Counted from the stretch's first letter, positions 36,152-47,547 are shown. The stretch is DNA of 64,000 nucleotides from an uncultured Methanobacteriaceae archaeon (GCA_963845285.1 CAWJRO010000016.1:53908-117907), one strand, 5' to 3'. Notes: a model not told the origin generated them from the sequence alone. A program made the numbers and translations.

Positions 36152-37912
36152 GAGGCTGTCTCATGATTGACTTTTTTTTGGATTTTCTTTTCTGATTTTT
36201 TTCCTTTTAAGGGTTATATTTATATTTAAGGTGTTACTATATTTTATTTAGAGATTTATAGTTTTTTGGTGGTGTTTTTTATGGCTTTGAGAGAAGATAG
36301 GATTGGTCAGACTTGGTTGGTGCCTAGGCGTGTTATGGATTTTATTCCGGAAAATCATATTTGTTATTTTATTGCTAATTTGGTGGAAGAGTTAGATTTT
36401 AAAAAAATAGACCAGAGATACAGGTGCACTAAGGGTAAGGCAGCTTATTCTCGCCGAATGTTATTGAGAGTGGTTATTATGGCTTCGGTTGATGGTGTGT
36501 TTTCATCTAGGCGGGTTGCAAGGCTTGCGGAGGAAAATGTGATTTATATGTATCTTTCAGGTATGGATAAGCCGGATTTCCATACAATTTGCAGATTTAA
36601 AATCGAATGCAGCAAACAAATTGAAGAAGCGTTTGAAATGACTGTGAATGTTGCTAAAAATATGGATATGGTTCAATTGAACCATATCGCAATAGATGGT
36701 ACTAAAATCAAAGCTAACGCTTCCCCAGCTAATCTAATTAATCAAAAAGAAATACATACAGTTCGTCAGATATTAAAAAAAGGAATAAAAACCGACAAGA
36801 AAGAAAACAAAATTTACGGCAATAAAAGAGGTGACGAAATACCACCAGAACTAACCAACCGTAAAAAAGTCCACGAAATAATCCAAAAACTAAAAAACCA
36901 AACCAAAACCACTAATGAAAATAATGCTCCTAAAGAGGAGAATAAGCTGCATAGATCTTCAGTTAAGCTTCTGGAACGGGCCTGTTCCGGTAGTCCGGAA
37001 AAGGATCGTGTTTTGAAAAAATTGGATCATGCTGAAAGGGAGTTAGAAAAGACACCACAAAAGACTGTTAGTTTAACAGACCCTGAATCACGGTGGATGA
37101 TGAATAAAAAGAATCGAATGGAACTTTCATATAATATGCAAATCGCAGTGGATTATGATTCAGGAATCATACTCGCCAGCACCATAACACAAGACCCTAC
37201 AGACCACCACCAACTAATACCACAAATAGAACAAATACAAGAAACAATAGGACCCTTACCCAATTATACAAAGATTAGCGCAGATAACGGGTATTTTACA
37301 CAAACAAATCTACAATATCTAGAAGAAAATGGATTAGATGGTTACATACCTAACAGAAAACAGGCACATAAACATAAAAACAAGTTAAAAAAGGATAAAC
37401 TATTTTCCAAGTACAATTTCAAATATAATCATGTCGAAGACATTTATATTTGTCCAAATAACAGAAAATTAACTTATAAAAAGACATATGAGTATAATAA
37501 CACTTGTATGCGCCAATATTATTGTAATGATTGTTTAAAATGTTCATATCAGACATTATGTGCTGGTAAGAATCGTTTTAGGATTATAACTGATTATGGT
37601 GGTGTTTTATCAAAGCGTATGGCTTTGAAAATGGAAACAAATCAAGGCAAGGAAGAGTTTGGTAAACGAAAACAGACCGTTGAATGGCCATTTGGGAATA
37701 TAAAAGAGAATTTAAGATACACAGAGTTCCTAACACGCGGCATGAACGGAATAAAAACAGAAAAAAACCTAATTAACATCTCACATAACATAAAAAGAAT
37801 CTATAATCATAATAATTCTAAAATAAATAGGCAAAATCAAATAAATACCTGAAAAAAGAGGATTTTTTATAAAAACTTAAAAAATTAAAAACTTAATTCA
37901 TGAGACAACCTC
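36152..37912 (+). mobile_element. IS element copy C (identical to copy B)
   Basis: Same TIRs (GAGGCTGTCTCATGA at 36152, TCATGAGACAACCTC ending 37912). The 1761 bp are identical to 22911-24671, including the upstream leader. Flanked by (G)AAAAA on both sides. Confidence 0.85.
36266..37852 (+). CDS. DDE transposase (IS5/IS1182-like), copy C
   Basis: 528 aa, identical to the ORF at 23025-24611. Confidence 0.85.
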   Translation: MVVFFMALREDRIGQTWLVPRRVMDFIPENHICYFIANLVEELDFKKIDQRYRCTKGKAAYSRRMLLRVVIMASVDGVFSSRRVARLAEENVIYMYLSGMDKPDFHTICRFKIECSKQIEEAFEMTVNVAKNMDMVQLNHIAIDGTKIKANASPANLINQKEIHTVRQILKKGIKTDKKENKIYGNKRGDEIPPELTNRKKVHEIIQKLKNQTKTTNENNAPKEENKLHRSSVKLLERACSGSPEKDRVLKKLDHAERELEKTPQKTVSLTDPESRWMMNKKNRMELSYNMQIAVDYDSGIILASTITQDPTDHHQLIPQIEQIQETIGPLPNYTKISADNGYFTQTNLQYLEENGLDGYIPNRKQAHKHKNKLKKDKLFSKYNFKYNHVEDIYICPNNRKLTYKKTYEYNNTCMRQYYCNDCLKCSYQTLCAGKNRFRIITDYGGVLSKRMALKMETNQGKEEFGKRKQTVEWPFGNIKENLRYTEFLTRGMNGIKTEKNLINISHNIKRIYNHNNSKINRQNQINT

Positions 37913-38016
37913 GAAAAAATAATAAAAAAATAATAATTTTTATATGTTCTAATCATCAAAATTATCTACTATAAAAACATGGGGTTATCGGGACCATCTT
38001 TGATGGGGGGGATTGA

Positions 38017-38511
38017 ATGATGAAAAATGGTGCTATTGGTATTTTAGCCATAATATTAGGTTTAATAGTTATGGCATTCCCACTTGCAGGTGTCATAACC
38101 GCAAGTTTTATTGCAGGATTCGCAGTTATTATGATAGCTATCTGGCTACTTATATCCAGCATAGTTCAATTCGATTCAAACAAAACAGTAGGCATTCTTA
38201 ACCTGATAATCGGCATCCTTGCCTTGATTGTGGGCATAGGATTAATATTTAACCCGGTTCTTTTCAGCTTTTTAACAGCAATCGTTCTTTACCTTGCAGG
38301 TATCTTCTTATTAGTTTCAGGTATAATCTCGCTGATTCCAGGAATGGAAAACAAGAAATCATTATGGTCCGGTATTTCCAGCATAATACTGGGTATTTTA
38401 TACATAATAATAGGAATTTACGCCTTTAACCCACTTTATCTTGGAGTGTTGATAGGAGTCTGGTTAATAGTTAGTGGAGTATTCCTATTTTTAGACACAA
38501 GTATGGAATAA
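38017..38511 (+). CDS. HdeD/DUF308 family membrane protein (paralogue)
   Basis: 164 aa. Aligns along its whole length with the ORF at 28384-28869 (…GLIAIILGLIIIAFPLAGV… vs …GILAIILGLIVMAFPLAGV…). Confidence 0.6.
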   Translation: MMKNGAIGILAIILGLIVMAFPLAGVITASFIAGFAVIMIAIWLLISSIVQFDSNKTVGILNLIIGILALIVGIGLIFNPVLFSFLTAIVLYLAGIFLLVSGIISLIPGMENKKSLWSGISSIILGILYIIIGIYAFNPLYLGVLIGVWLIVSGVFLFLDTSME

Positions 38512-38560
38512 GAAAAATTAACCGATAACCCATATCCAAATTTTTTTATTTATCTATCAA

Positions 38561-38668
38561 GAGGCTGTCTCATAGTTCAAAATTTGTAAAAAAAATAATA
38601 GTAAATAAAGCTTTAAATTCAAAAATAATGAAAATTATATAGATCACAAATAATCATGAGACAGCTTC
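38561..38668. mobile_element. MITE (type 2) with IS-family TIRs
   Basis: GAGGCTGTCTCATAGTTC...AATCATGAGACAGCTTC. ATCAA is present on both flanks. Confidence 0.7.
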
Positions 38669-38685
38669 ATCAATTAAAAAAAGGT

Positions 38686-39315
38686 TTAAAATCCTTTTAA
38701 AGATTTATATGCCATTTTAATGTGAATTGAACCGTTATTAGTGCAGGGGCCGTGTCCTGGGAGAAGGTATTCAACATCAAGTTTGCTGAGTCTGGTAAGG
38801 GACTCCCTCATATCGTTCATGTTGCCACCGAGATCTGTACGGCCAAAGCTACCATTTGCAAAGATTGTATCTCCAGATATGAGGTTTTTACCATCGTAAA
38901 GACAGATTCCACCCGCCGTGTGACCAGGAGTGTGTAAAACCTCAAAATCATGGATTTTGTCGCCTTCTTCCAGTTTCAGGTCAACTTTCAGTCCCTCAAT
39001 GGATTTTCCGAACATATGGGCAACAGTTGCATCATTATCACCTTTTTCAAGAATTAATGCATCTTCCCTGTGCATTGCAACTTTAAGATCCAGGTACCTG
39101 TTTCCCCCAATATGGTCGTAGTGGTTGTGGGTGTTCACAATCATGGATAAGTCCTCAGGGTTTAAACCAGCTTTTTTAATGGAATCCGTGATATATTGAA
39201 TGTTATCTCCAGTTCCTGTGTCAACTATGATATCATCAAAGACGTAGACATTCGAATCTGAGCCCATTCCCTCTATCATGAGGATGTCGTTGATTTTTTT
39301 CAATGTTATCACCAT
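38686..39315 (-). CDS. MBL-fold metallo-hydrolase
   Basis: HNHYDHIGG zinc-binding motif plus the downstream His/Asp ligands. 209 aa. Confidence 0.85.
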   Translation of the reverse strand: MVITLKKINDILMIEGMGSDSNVYVFDDIIVDTGTGDNIQYITDSIKKAGLNPEDLSMIVNTHNHYDHIGGNRYLDLKVAMHREDALILEKGDNDATVAHMFGKSIEGLKVDLKLEEGDKIHDFEVLHTPGHTAGGICLYDGKNLISGDTIFANGSFGRTDLGGNMNDMRESLTRLSKLDVEYLLPGHGPCTNNGSIHIKMAYKSLKGF

Positions 39316-39528
39316 AATATTAATTCAAAATCTCTAGTATTAAAACTTCAATATTTTAAGGATTTTTTAAAGGTTGATTTAAGATCCGTCTGTTTTCAAT
39401 GCAAAATTTTAAAGATCTTTTTTAAAGATTAACAACCGCATAATTTAAATATAATGTTTAAATTATCTTTTTAAACTCATAAATCTTTTTTAGAATTAGT
39501 AAAATTAGAAATAACTGGTAAGAATGAG

Positions 39529-39672
<144 letters not shown>

Positions 39673-39711
39673 ATCCTACAAATACACCACATAAATGTGG
39701 TTTTAAATTCT

Positions 39712-39788
<77 letters not shown>

Positions 39789-39886
39789 TTAGTTATAAAG
39801 TTACGTTTTGTTTATATTTAAACCTTACGGAGGGATTTATGTAATTTATATGGAATTTAAGAATTTTTATGCATTTATTATGCAAA

Positions 39887-40267
39887 TTAACTTACAATTG
39901 TTATTTCACTTGCAGTAGCCTCTGGAGGGTAAGATGACATTACAGGTCCCACAAAACGGATCTCAACATTTTTTCCAGATTTAATGTGGTCATATGATGA
40001 AGCAACTTGTTTATTCCCATCTTGTTGGAATATATGGGTTTCATTTGTTATTTTAACAGATACATTTAGATTCCGATTGCCCTTCATCACAACCCCCTGA
40101 ACGAGTATTGAGTTAGGCGAATCTAAAGTGGGTTGTGGGCTGTTCTGACAGACACCAATAATTTGACCTTTCATATCCACAGAAGTGCCACCTGTTGCAC
40201 ATAAAACACCAAATACAACCCCCAAAAACATGAAAAATAGTAATGCAACCAGTGTGATAACCTTCAT
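39887..40267 (-). CDS. small secreted/lipo-protein (hypothetical)
   Basis: The start was moved to the internal MKVITLVALLFFMFLGVVFGVLCATGG (signal peptide with a Cys), with a GGGGAAG Shine-Dalgarno-like motif upstream. Beta-rich mature part of about 100 aa. Confidence 0.5.
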   Translation of the reverse strand: MKVITLVALLFFMFLGVVFGVLCATGGTSVDMKGQIIGVCQNSPQPTLDSPNSILVQGVVMKGNRNLNVSVKITNETHIFQQDGNKQVASSYDHIKSGKNVEIRFVGPVMSSYPPEATASEITIVS

Positions 40268-40536
40268 TTCTTCCCCTTCTAAATGATGTTTAAGCTTGAA
40301 ATTTTCCAGACTTGAAATTTGTCTTAAATCTATATCAATACTTTTAATTGTAATCTGCAATCTTATATTTTATAAATTATTCTATAAATCATTGTTGGAA
40401 CCAACTAACTCATTACAATTTATTTTATATTATTATTTAAAGATCAAGGTGTAAATCAACTACACTAAAATTCTCTCTAAAAAAATATATGTGATTTCAG
40501 ACACATATTAATATAAAAATAAGGGAGGTTAATATC

Positions 40537-40788
40537 ATGGTCTGGGATCCTGTAACCTTACTGAACCTTATATTCTGCGTAATAATAGTAATTCTTGGAT
40601 ATTGGGTTTATAGGAAAAAAGAAAATATTATGGCCATCTACATTGCCATAGCTTTCGGTCTTTTTGGTATTTCACATTTTGCAATACTTTTAGGCTCTCC
40701 AAGTTCTGCGGTTTCACTTCTTGTGATAAGGACACTTGGATATCTAGTTGTCATATTTGCATTGTATAAGGCAGCTTTTGGACGTTGA
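40537..40788 (+). CDS. small two-TM membrane protein (hypothetical)
   Basis: 83-aa ORF with a GGGAGG Shine-Dalgarno-like motif 6 bp upstream of the ATG. Confidence 0.45.
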   Translation: MVWDPVTLLNLIFCVIIVILGYWVYRKKENIMAIYIAIAFGLFGISHFAILLGSPSSAVSLLVIRTLGYLVVIFALYKAAFGR

Positions 40789-40992
40789 TACCAAAAATTG
40801 GGTTATATTAAATTTTAACCCATTAAATTAGCTTTGCTTTTAAATTCCCTGTTTTTGAAAAAAAATAATTCCCTGATCTAAACCCCAATATACTCATTTC
40901 TATTATGTTCCTTCCTAATAAATTCTATTATGTTCCTTCCTAATAAATCATTTAATTCCATCTACTTACATCCTACGTTGTTAAATTAATGA

Positions 40993-41805
40993 TTAAAATT
41001 TAGAATTCCTTTTTAAGACTTCATGTTTACCTATAGTGGTTTTGAAAAGCTTATCAAACACAGAGGGCAGATCTCTTTCTAAAACTTTTAACCCTTCCTC
41101 TGTAATACCTCCAGGAGTAGCAACCCTCGATATAATATCTTCAACCCCCATATTTTCTTCATATAAAAGTTTTGAAGTTCCATAAAAGGTTTTTATAACC
41201 ATTTTTTCCGTTTCCTGCATTGAAAAACCACTGATTCTTGATCCTGCCTCCGCAAACTTCAGAAGAACCAACGCCAGGAATGCAGGAGAACAGCTAGTGA
41301 GATTTGTTGCTGCCTCCAGATCTTCTTCATTAATGATCTTAACATCCCCAATGGCCCCGAAGATCTTAGCCACAAATTCAGCATCTTTAATATTAACATC
41401 ATGGCTGTGACAGACCAGTGAAATTCCTTCACCTACTTTTGACGTTATTGTGGGAATAACCTTGCTTATCTTTCCTGGAAAAATATCTGCAACATCCTCT
41501 AATGACAAGCCTGCTGATATATAAATAACATGAACATCTTTCATGAAAAATTTATTTATTTCTTTTATTACTCCTTTTAAATCATCAGTACCAACAAAAA
41601 TAAAGATTTTACGGCATTTTTGAGCCAAATCCATGTTATTATGAGCTATTTCAACTTCAGGATATTCCTTTTTTAAATCTACCAATTTAGACTCTGTTTT
41701 CGTTGTTATGATAACTTCTTCAGGATGAAGAACCCCAGAAAATAAAATTCCATTTATTATCATGCTGCCCATGCTGCCGTATCCTATAAAACCTATTTTT
41801 TCCAA
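40993..41805 (-). CDS. proC: pyrroline-5-carboxylate reductase
   Basis: GFIGYGSMGSMII NADP-binding motif plus the conserved ProC C-terminal dimerisation domain. 270 aa. Confidence 0.9.
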   Translation of the reverse strand: MEKIGFIGYGSMGSMIINGILFSGVLHPEEVIITTKTESKLVDLKKEYPEVEIAHNNMDLAQKCRKIFIFVGTDDLKGVIKEINKFFMKDVHVIYISAGLSLEDVADIFPGKISKVIPTITSKVGEGISLVCHSHDVNIKDAEFVAKIFGAIGDVKIINEEDLEAATNLTSCSPAFLALVLLKFAEAGSRISGFSMQETEKMVIKTFYGTSKLLYEENMGVEDIISRVATPGGITEEGLKVLERDLPSVFDKLFKTTIGKHEVLKRNSKF

Positions 41806-41821
41806 TTAAATCCCCCCAATA

Positions 41822-42131
41822 TCATTTAAAACATACAATATGGTTTCAATATCTTCCTTCATGCCGTAACCCTGAAGAAGTTATAAAAGAAACTTTGTCT
41901 GGTTTAACGATTCCCAGGATATGTCTATGGAGGTTATTTCAGCTTCAGGACTGTTTTTAGCCAGTGTAATTGTTTGAGCTCCCACACACATCCAGCTTCT
42001 AGAACTTTGCTCCCATGAGGGTAAGCTGTATCTGAGTGCAGTATTCCTGTCAAAGTATCAGCTTGATTGGTAAGCCTGTGGGCTTCCCTATTTGAATACC
42101 CATGCACATATTTTATAGTAAACCCTCCCAA
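41822..42131 (-). pseudogene. remnant of a class I SAM-dependent methyltransferase (frameshifted, truncated)
   Basis: One frame gives ...HGSKVLEAGCVWELKQ. The adjacent frame continues GCGVGAQTITLAKNSPEAEITSIDIS, which is methyltransferase motif I. Local GC content is visibly higher than the surroundings. Confidence 0.5.
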
Positions 42132-42730
42132 ATCCGTTCATCTACAAGTATTTCCATGAGTTCATCAACAGTTTTAACACCTTTAAATGATTCTGTAACT
42201 ACTTCAAGTGGTTCGCTGTATATTCCAGGATAATCCACTTCTTCAAGATCTGAAACTGGAAATGCGAGTTTTTCTGTATCCAATGAAAACTGAGCATCCA
42301 CATCTTCCCTGTTGCCCCGAGCATCCAATCTGTGCCAGCCCCCATCCAGAAATACTGCATTCAAACCATGCAATATGTAACCATCTTCATGAGTAAGTTT
42401 TTGATAACAGAACCCAGTGGGTATTTCAAGAAAACGCAGCAGGGCTGCCAAAAGGTTGGATTTTGCAAAACATAAACCCTGACCCTCTTTCAAAACTTCT
42501 GATGCCTTAAAAGTCACTATTTGCCCACCAATATCAAGTGAATGGGGCAGTTCATCCCTGACAAATTCATAGATGTTTTTAACCATTTCAATCCGGTTTT
42601 GAGAGTTTATGGATAATTCTAGTGCCTTTTTCTGTATATTAGGATCGTAATAGTCAATGATCTGTGAATGTGCAATATATCCTGTGATATCATCTTCCAT
42701 TTGTACAAGCTGCACTTTAAAAACCTCCAA
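42113..42730 (-). CDS. transglutaminase-like cysteine protease domain protein
   Basis: GQGLCFAKSNLLAALLR (catalytic Cys), ...HGLNAVFLDGGWHRLDARGN (His/Asp). 205 aa. Confidence 0.8.
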   Translation of the reverse strand: MEVFKVQLVQMEDDITGYIAHSQIIDYYDPNIQKKALELSINSQNRIEMVKNIYEFVRDELPHSLDIGGQIVTFKASEVLKEGQGLCFAKSNLLAALLRFLEIPTGFCYQKLTHEDGYILHGLNAVFLDGGWHRLDARGNREDVDAQFSLDTEKLAFPVSDLEEVDYPGIYSEPLEVVTESFKGVKTVDELMEILVDERIWEGLL

Positions 42731-42802
42731 AAAAATGTTAGTTATACATCTACAATGAGTATAATTAAATCTTAATAAAAATTAGATAAAAATCTCTGAA
42801 TT

Positions 42803-42825
42803 TTCACACCAAAACAGACACCCTG
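42803..42825. repeat. solo terminal repeat of the IS4/5-like element (same sequence as 12751-12773)
   Basis: TTCACACCAAAACAGACACCCTG matches the right TIR of the IS at 11527-12773. No partner TIR or transposase nearby. Confidence 0.5.
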
Positions 42826-42857
42826 TTTCTTAATCATTTCCTTCAGAATTTAGTTAG

Positions 42858-43388
42858 TCAGATTCTCATCTTTTCAACCAGTTTAATCACTTTATCAGGG
42901 TTTCTGGTTGAAAATATAAACTCTCTGAATTTCTTATTTTTAAGCAAAACTGTAAGTTGAGATGTTTGTGGAACTGTGTAAGCAAGCCGCCTTTTGCCTT
43001 TAGATTTTTCAAAACGTATGCCCCAGCCACCATAGGTCCACAAGGGGACTTCTTCCTTGTAGCACCTTTCAATGTTTTCCCACGTCACCTTGTAGCTTAA
43101 AACCCCAAATCGCACTGATAGAAACTCAGAAGTTAATTTAAGAGTCATAAAACTGAAATTAAGTGTGAAAAGTAAGAATAAAATAAATATCAATCCCAAT
43201 AGCCATGTTGGGGCTCTATTATCACCTAAAGGCCCTATAACTATTTGGTAGACAGTTAAAACCATGAAAAGTATTGTGAAAATTGTAAAAATTAGGGTTG
43301 ACCATTTTGAGAACAGTTTTTCTTCATAAAGAGTGTTAGGTTCCATTTTTACACGTTCACCAATATTTATTATTTTAGATCTTAACAC
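42858..43388 (-). CDS. membrane protein with bacterial PH-like domain (hypothetical)
   Basis: 176 aa. Two TM helices followed by a beta-rich domain (…YTVPQTSQLTVLLKNKK…). Confidence 0.4.
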   Translation of the reverse strand: MLRSKIINIGERVKMEPNTLYEEKLFSKWSTLIFTIFTILFMVLTVYQIVIGPLGDNRAPTWLLGLIFILFLLFTLNFSFMTLKLTSEFLSVRFGVLSYKVTWENIERCYKEEVPLWTYGGWGIRFEKSKGKRRLAYTVPQTSQLTVLLKNKKFREFIFSTRNPDKVIKLVEKMRI

Positions 43389-43426
43389 ATGATTTAATTA
43401 CACCCCTATTTAAAGACCTGCAAGAT

Positions 43427-44097
43427 CTATTTAAAGACACTGTACTGTAACCAGACAAAATTGGCCTTCAAATTTTCAACCTTAACCAACACGGGTTGAA
43501 CCTTGCTTCCTCCAGAGGGGTTTAGTTCTGATGCAGGAAAGATAGAACTTGAAGATTTGCCCCCCACAAGTTCTGGATGTATCAATACATTAACTTCATC
43601 CACAAGTCCTTCTCGGAAAAGTACACCGTTGAGTACGCCCCCACTGTCAACTCTCAAGGATTTAACTCCAAATTGGACGTTTAATTCATTTAAAGCAGCC
43701 CCCAGATCAACTTTCTGGTATCCTATCACCATGTGCTTTAGGTACCTTTCTTCCAGAAAGTCCAGGTATTCTTGAGGTGTGGATCTGGAGCATAAAACCA
43801 GAATGTCCCTAAAATAGGGCATCTCACGCACTTCATTCCAGACACGAATCTGACCCTTACTATCTGGAACTACAAGAAGAGGTCTTTCATCTTCTGGATC
43901 TATCTGAGGCTCTTCACCCTCTCCTCGAACTTCTTCAGTTGAGCATTTAACTCTGCCAGTACAGTGTTACTCCCCATTAAAACAGCATCTAACTCCCATT
44001 TGGAAGCTATTTCATTATACAACTCTTTATCCACATCCAAACCAATTGTGCGCCCATCTAAACTGACTGCATCGTATACAATAACCCGCGGTATCAT
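43427..44097 (-). pseudogene. dihydrofolate-reductase-like RibD_C family reductase, interrupted by one frameshift (~43930-43950)
   Basis: N-terminal ORF MIPRVIVYDAVSLDGRTIG...DAVLMGSNTVL and C-terminal ORF ...REMPYFRDILVLCS...GGVLNGVLF. The connecting segment reads through in a third frame (EEPQIDPEDERPLLVVPDSKGQIRVWNEV). Confidence 0.6.
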
Positions 44098-44361
44098 ATC
44101 TCTATCCCCCTTTGAAATACAAAAACATCTTCCTTTAATAAAATTTGGGATGAATTAGTTATTGTATTTTTTGCGAAAATTATATTTCAAAAAATATAAA
44201 GAAGAACTATCTCAACTAAGGTAGGAGCTGCAATATAAACAAGATTTATCCAAATTTAATGCTTAATGAGTTTAATTTTCTTAAATTTGTTGTTACTAAG
44301 ATTATTTTTCAAATTGAAGGATAAATAGGTTATTTTTCAAATTTTGGATAAAAAGCGTCAT

Positions 44362-44784
44362 TTAGTTTTTAATTGGAGATCTAACTGAAATCAGATTTTC
44401 AATGTCTGTTAAATCCATATCTGGCGTCACTTTCAGGTAAAACCATTTACCTTCACGGATAGGATTTGTCTCTTCGATGATTTTCTCAGTACCTGATGCA
44501 AGATCCAGTTTCAAAGCATTTTGAACCTCTTTGCCGTTGAGGATGATTTGAACCATAAATTCGTTGTTTCCAGGATACATTGAAATCAACACGCGGCCGA
44601 ATTTGCGATATCTAATTGCCCAACCAAAGTTCTTACCATAAAACTTGAATTCACCCGTAATTTTGTAGTTATCTTCAATAAAACTTATCAACTCATCCCA
44701 GAGTGGTTTAACCGCAGATAATGTTTCGAAAATCTCTTCTTCTGCAGGTTCGTGCATTTTATCTGTAAATGTTCCTTTGCTCAT
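44362..44784 (-). CDS. conserved hypothetical protein (DUF3788-like)
   Basis: 140 aa. KNFGWAIRYRKFGRVLISMYPGNNEFMVQIILNGKE block. Confidence 0.45.
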   Translation of the reverse strand: MSKGTFTDKMHEPAEEEIFETLSAVKPLWDELISFIEDNYKITGEFKFYGKNFGWAIRYRKFGRVLISMYPGNNEFMVQIILNGKEVQNALKLDLASGTEKIIEETNPIREGKWFYLKVTPDMDLTDIENLISVRSPIKN

Positions 44785-44873
44785 TTATTCACCTGAAATT
44801 ATTTTTGTAGAATTTTGAATAAATATTGAAGGATAATTAATAGGTTGAAAGGTTAGTATGGATTTTCAAGGCA

Positions 44874-45707
44874 TTATTTTTTCAGTAACTGGTTTAAATC
44901 TTCAACAGGGTATAAAAAGCCCTTTTCAGCAATTCCAGTAAGATCATCATCTTTAAGATGGTTCAATGCATTTTTAATCGCTGCAAGACTTGAATATATC
45001 AACAGATTTGGTAAACTAACCCGTTCAACTCCTGATTTCTTCAAATCATCTAGAGAAAAGTTATTTATGTTGTAAGGCATTCCTGCAGCCACACTCAAAG
45101 GTCCTTTAACCTCTTTTTTGAGGGTTTTAACCTCTTCAAGTGTTTCAACATAAGTTACAAAGGTTAAATCTGCACCCGCATCCAGGTACTGGTTAGCACG
45201 TTCCACTACAAGGTTTAAGGCATCTTCCCTGTTGTTCATTGATTTCAATGCATCTGTACGGCCGTTAATGATGAAATCCGGGTTTTCAGATTCTGCAACT
45301 TCCTTTGCTGCATGTATCTTTTCTACCATGCTCTCTGAGGGGATGATCCCTACTCCATTTCTTCCCAGAATCTGGTCTTCCAGGTTCAACCCTGCCACAC
45401 CTGTATCCATGAACTGGTGAACTGTTTCTTTCACCACCTTTGCATCTCCATATCCATCTTCAGCATCAGCCATAACTGGGACATCAACGGCTTCCATGAT
45501 TTTACGAGTTATTTCCAGGTTTTTATCCCTTGAGATATCAATTTCCTTTAGGCGTGCTGCTGCAATTGAAAAGCTGTAACCTGAACACTGCACAGCTTTG
45601 AAACCTGCATTCTCGATCATTCGAGCACTTATTGGATCGTAGGCATCTGGCATTATCAGGGTTTCTCCATAATTTAGAAGTTCTTTAAGCTCTTTACTTT
45701 TGTTCAT
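44874..45707 (-). CDS. isocitrate lyase/PEP mutase superfamily enzyme (methylisocitrate lyase / carboxyvinyl-carboxyphosphonate phosphorylmutase-like)
   Basis: 277 aa TIM-barrel. LIMPDAYDPISARM...GYSFS...EDGYG...NLED motifs. Confidence 0.8.
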   Translation of the reverse strand: MNKSKELKELLNYGETLIMPDAYDPISARMIENAGFKAVQCSGYSFSIAAARLKEIDISRDKNLEITRKIMEAVDVPVMADAEDGYGDAKVVKETVHQFMDTGVAGLNLEDQILGRNGVGIIPSESMVEKIHAAKEVAESENPDFIINGRTDALKSMNNREDALNLVVERANQYLDAGADLTFVTYVETLEEVKTLKKEVKGPLSVAAGMPYNINNFSLDDLKKSGVERVSLPNLLIYSSLAAIKNALNHLKDDDLTGIAEKGFLYPVEDLNQLLKK

Positions 45708-45897
45708 AAAAACACTCCATCCCTACTTAAAACAGATAACTCTGCTATAACCAACACTTCATAGTCCTCAGTGGTTAAACTATCATTTCTACTGAAATTC
45801 CCAAGTGATCTTTCATCCTTTATCCAGCCCTTATCTTAAATATTTTAGCTGGATTAAATTTAAAACACCATGAATCCACTTTGACTGCATTTAATAG

Positions 45898-46200
45898 TTA
45901 AAAAAGATCATCACCACTTTGATGGTCGAATGCAGGATGTAGATCGAAACGTACAGCCCCCACCAGTGCTTTCCCTTTCACAGCCTTGGCAATTCTGGCT
46001 GTTCCTTCATTTCCAAACCCAGCACATAGTTCAATGGCTGTTACCCCTTCTGCTACCAGTTTTAGGGCAACTTCTTCTGCTTCGTCGTAGTTTTTCACTC
46101 CAACCACCGAAAGTTCAACAACTGGTGAATCAATTACTGCGCTGTGTTTGTTAAAATCGTTTTCCGGTGCAACAAATATGAATGCGGCTTTAGTTGACAT
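45898..46200 (-). CDS. conserved hypothetical protein
   Basis: 100-aa ORF with good coding character. No confident family. Confidence 0.45.
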   Translation of the reverse strand: MSTKAAFIFVAPENDFNKHSAVIDSPVVELSVVGVKNYDEAEEVALKLVAEGVTAIELCAGFGNEGTARIAKAVKGKALVGAVRFDLHPAFDHQSGDDLF

Positions 46201-46758
46201 GATCTTTTATTTAATCAACATCTGCTAAATAAAGTATCCATAAGGTTATTCATGATCAGGTGATCAACTACTGGTTTAAGCTCAGGTTTTATTTCGATTG
46301 CAATAATGAATATGTAACTGTTTAGTTTATGCAAATGTAGTTTAGAATTTCCAGCTTAGATCATTTTTAAAAGCCGTGAATCCAATGTCTTTCAACCCAT
46401 TTATGGTTTTCAGTGCCAGTTTTATGTCACCTATCTGACAGTGCTTTTAGTTGTATTTAGCCATAAATGGAATGGAAATGAATCATTTGATAGTCATAAT
46501 TCTGTGAGGATATTATCTAAAAATTTCTGAGAATTTCTATTAACCTTTATTTGCTGTTGATATTATGTTTGGAAATAGTTTTATGATATTTATTAACGAC
46601 TTAATTGATTTATTAATGGCCAATAATTGTCTTAAATGAAGTATTTATTTGTGATAACTAAATTATAATTTTTAATATTAGTAAATTTTAGAGGTTTTTA
46701 GAAATTCTCTTCTATTGTTTCTTAAAATTTTATTAAAAAAGAATCTTGGTTGGGGGGG

Positions 46759-47547
46759 TTATTTTAACAGGAAAACTTCTTCTGGCAGAGCTTCGTTGGT
46801 TATCCATCTTCTTAAAACCTTATTGAAGAGTTCGGGGTATTCTAAATTCCACATATGTCCCACTTTAGGGGCGGTTATTGCCTTGGCGTTTGGTAAAACT
46901 TTGATCAGATCTTCAGCTGATTCTTTTATGACTTTGTACTCCTTCTCACCGACCATCACCAGTACAGGAACATCTACCTTTTCTAACCGCGAGGGCATCT
47001 GGAAGAGCATGTTCTCGTGCAATATTCTGTCCAGAGAGTCTGGTCTGATTAGGCGTGTGGATTCCTTAAAATCTTTAAAATAACTTTTGGATATGTTGTA
47101 GGTTCTCATATTGGCCTTTATGAAAAAATCTGTATCTTTTACAGGTGCATATACCTTGAAAGTATAATCCAAAAGTTTTAGCATTGCTTCAGTATAAGGG
47201 ATGTTGTGGACAAGGGTTCCACTGATTAACACGTGATCTACCACTTCAGGAGCTGTACTGAGAATTTCCAAAATTAACTGCCCGCCCAGTGATATTCCCA
47301 CAAGATGAGCCCGTCCTCCGTGAGCACGAGTTCTTATAATATCAACCACCATCTCAGCAGCACTTTTCATGGTGAAAGGTTTTACATCCACACTTTTTCC
47401 ATGTTCAGGAAGGTCAGGGATCAACAGATGGTAGTCTTTAAATACTTCAAGCTGTTCTGTCCACATCCAGCCAGATATTCCACCACCGTGGAGGAATATG
47501 ATGGTTTCACTGTTTTCCTGGCCCCTCTCTTCAACGTACAAATTCAT
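46759..47547 (-). CDS. alpha/beta-fold hydrolase
   Basis: IIFLHGGG...GISLGG nucleophile elbow (G-x-S-x-G). 262 aa. Confidence 0.85.
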   Translation of the reverse strand: MNLYVEERGQENSETIIFLHGGGISGWMWTEQLEVFKDYHLLIPDLPEHGKSVDVKPFTMKSAAEMVVDIIRTRAHGGRAHLVGISLGGQLILEILSTAPEVVDHVLISGTLVHNIPYTEAMLKLLDYTFKVYAPVKDTDFFIKANMRTYNISKSYFKDFKESTRLIRPDSLDRILHENMLFQMPSRLEKVDVPVLVMVGEKEYKVIKESAEDLIKVLPNAKAITAPKVGHMWNLEYPELFNKVLRRWITNEALPEEVFLLK

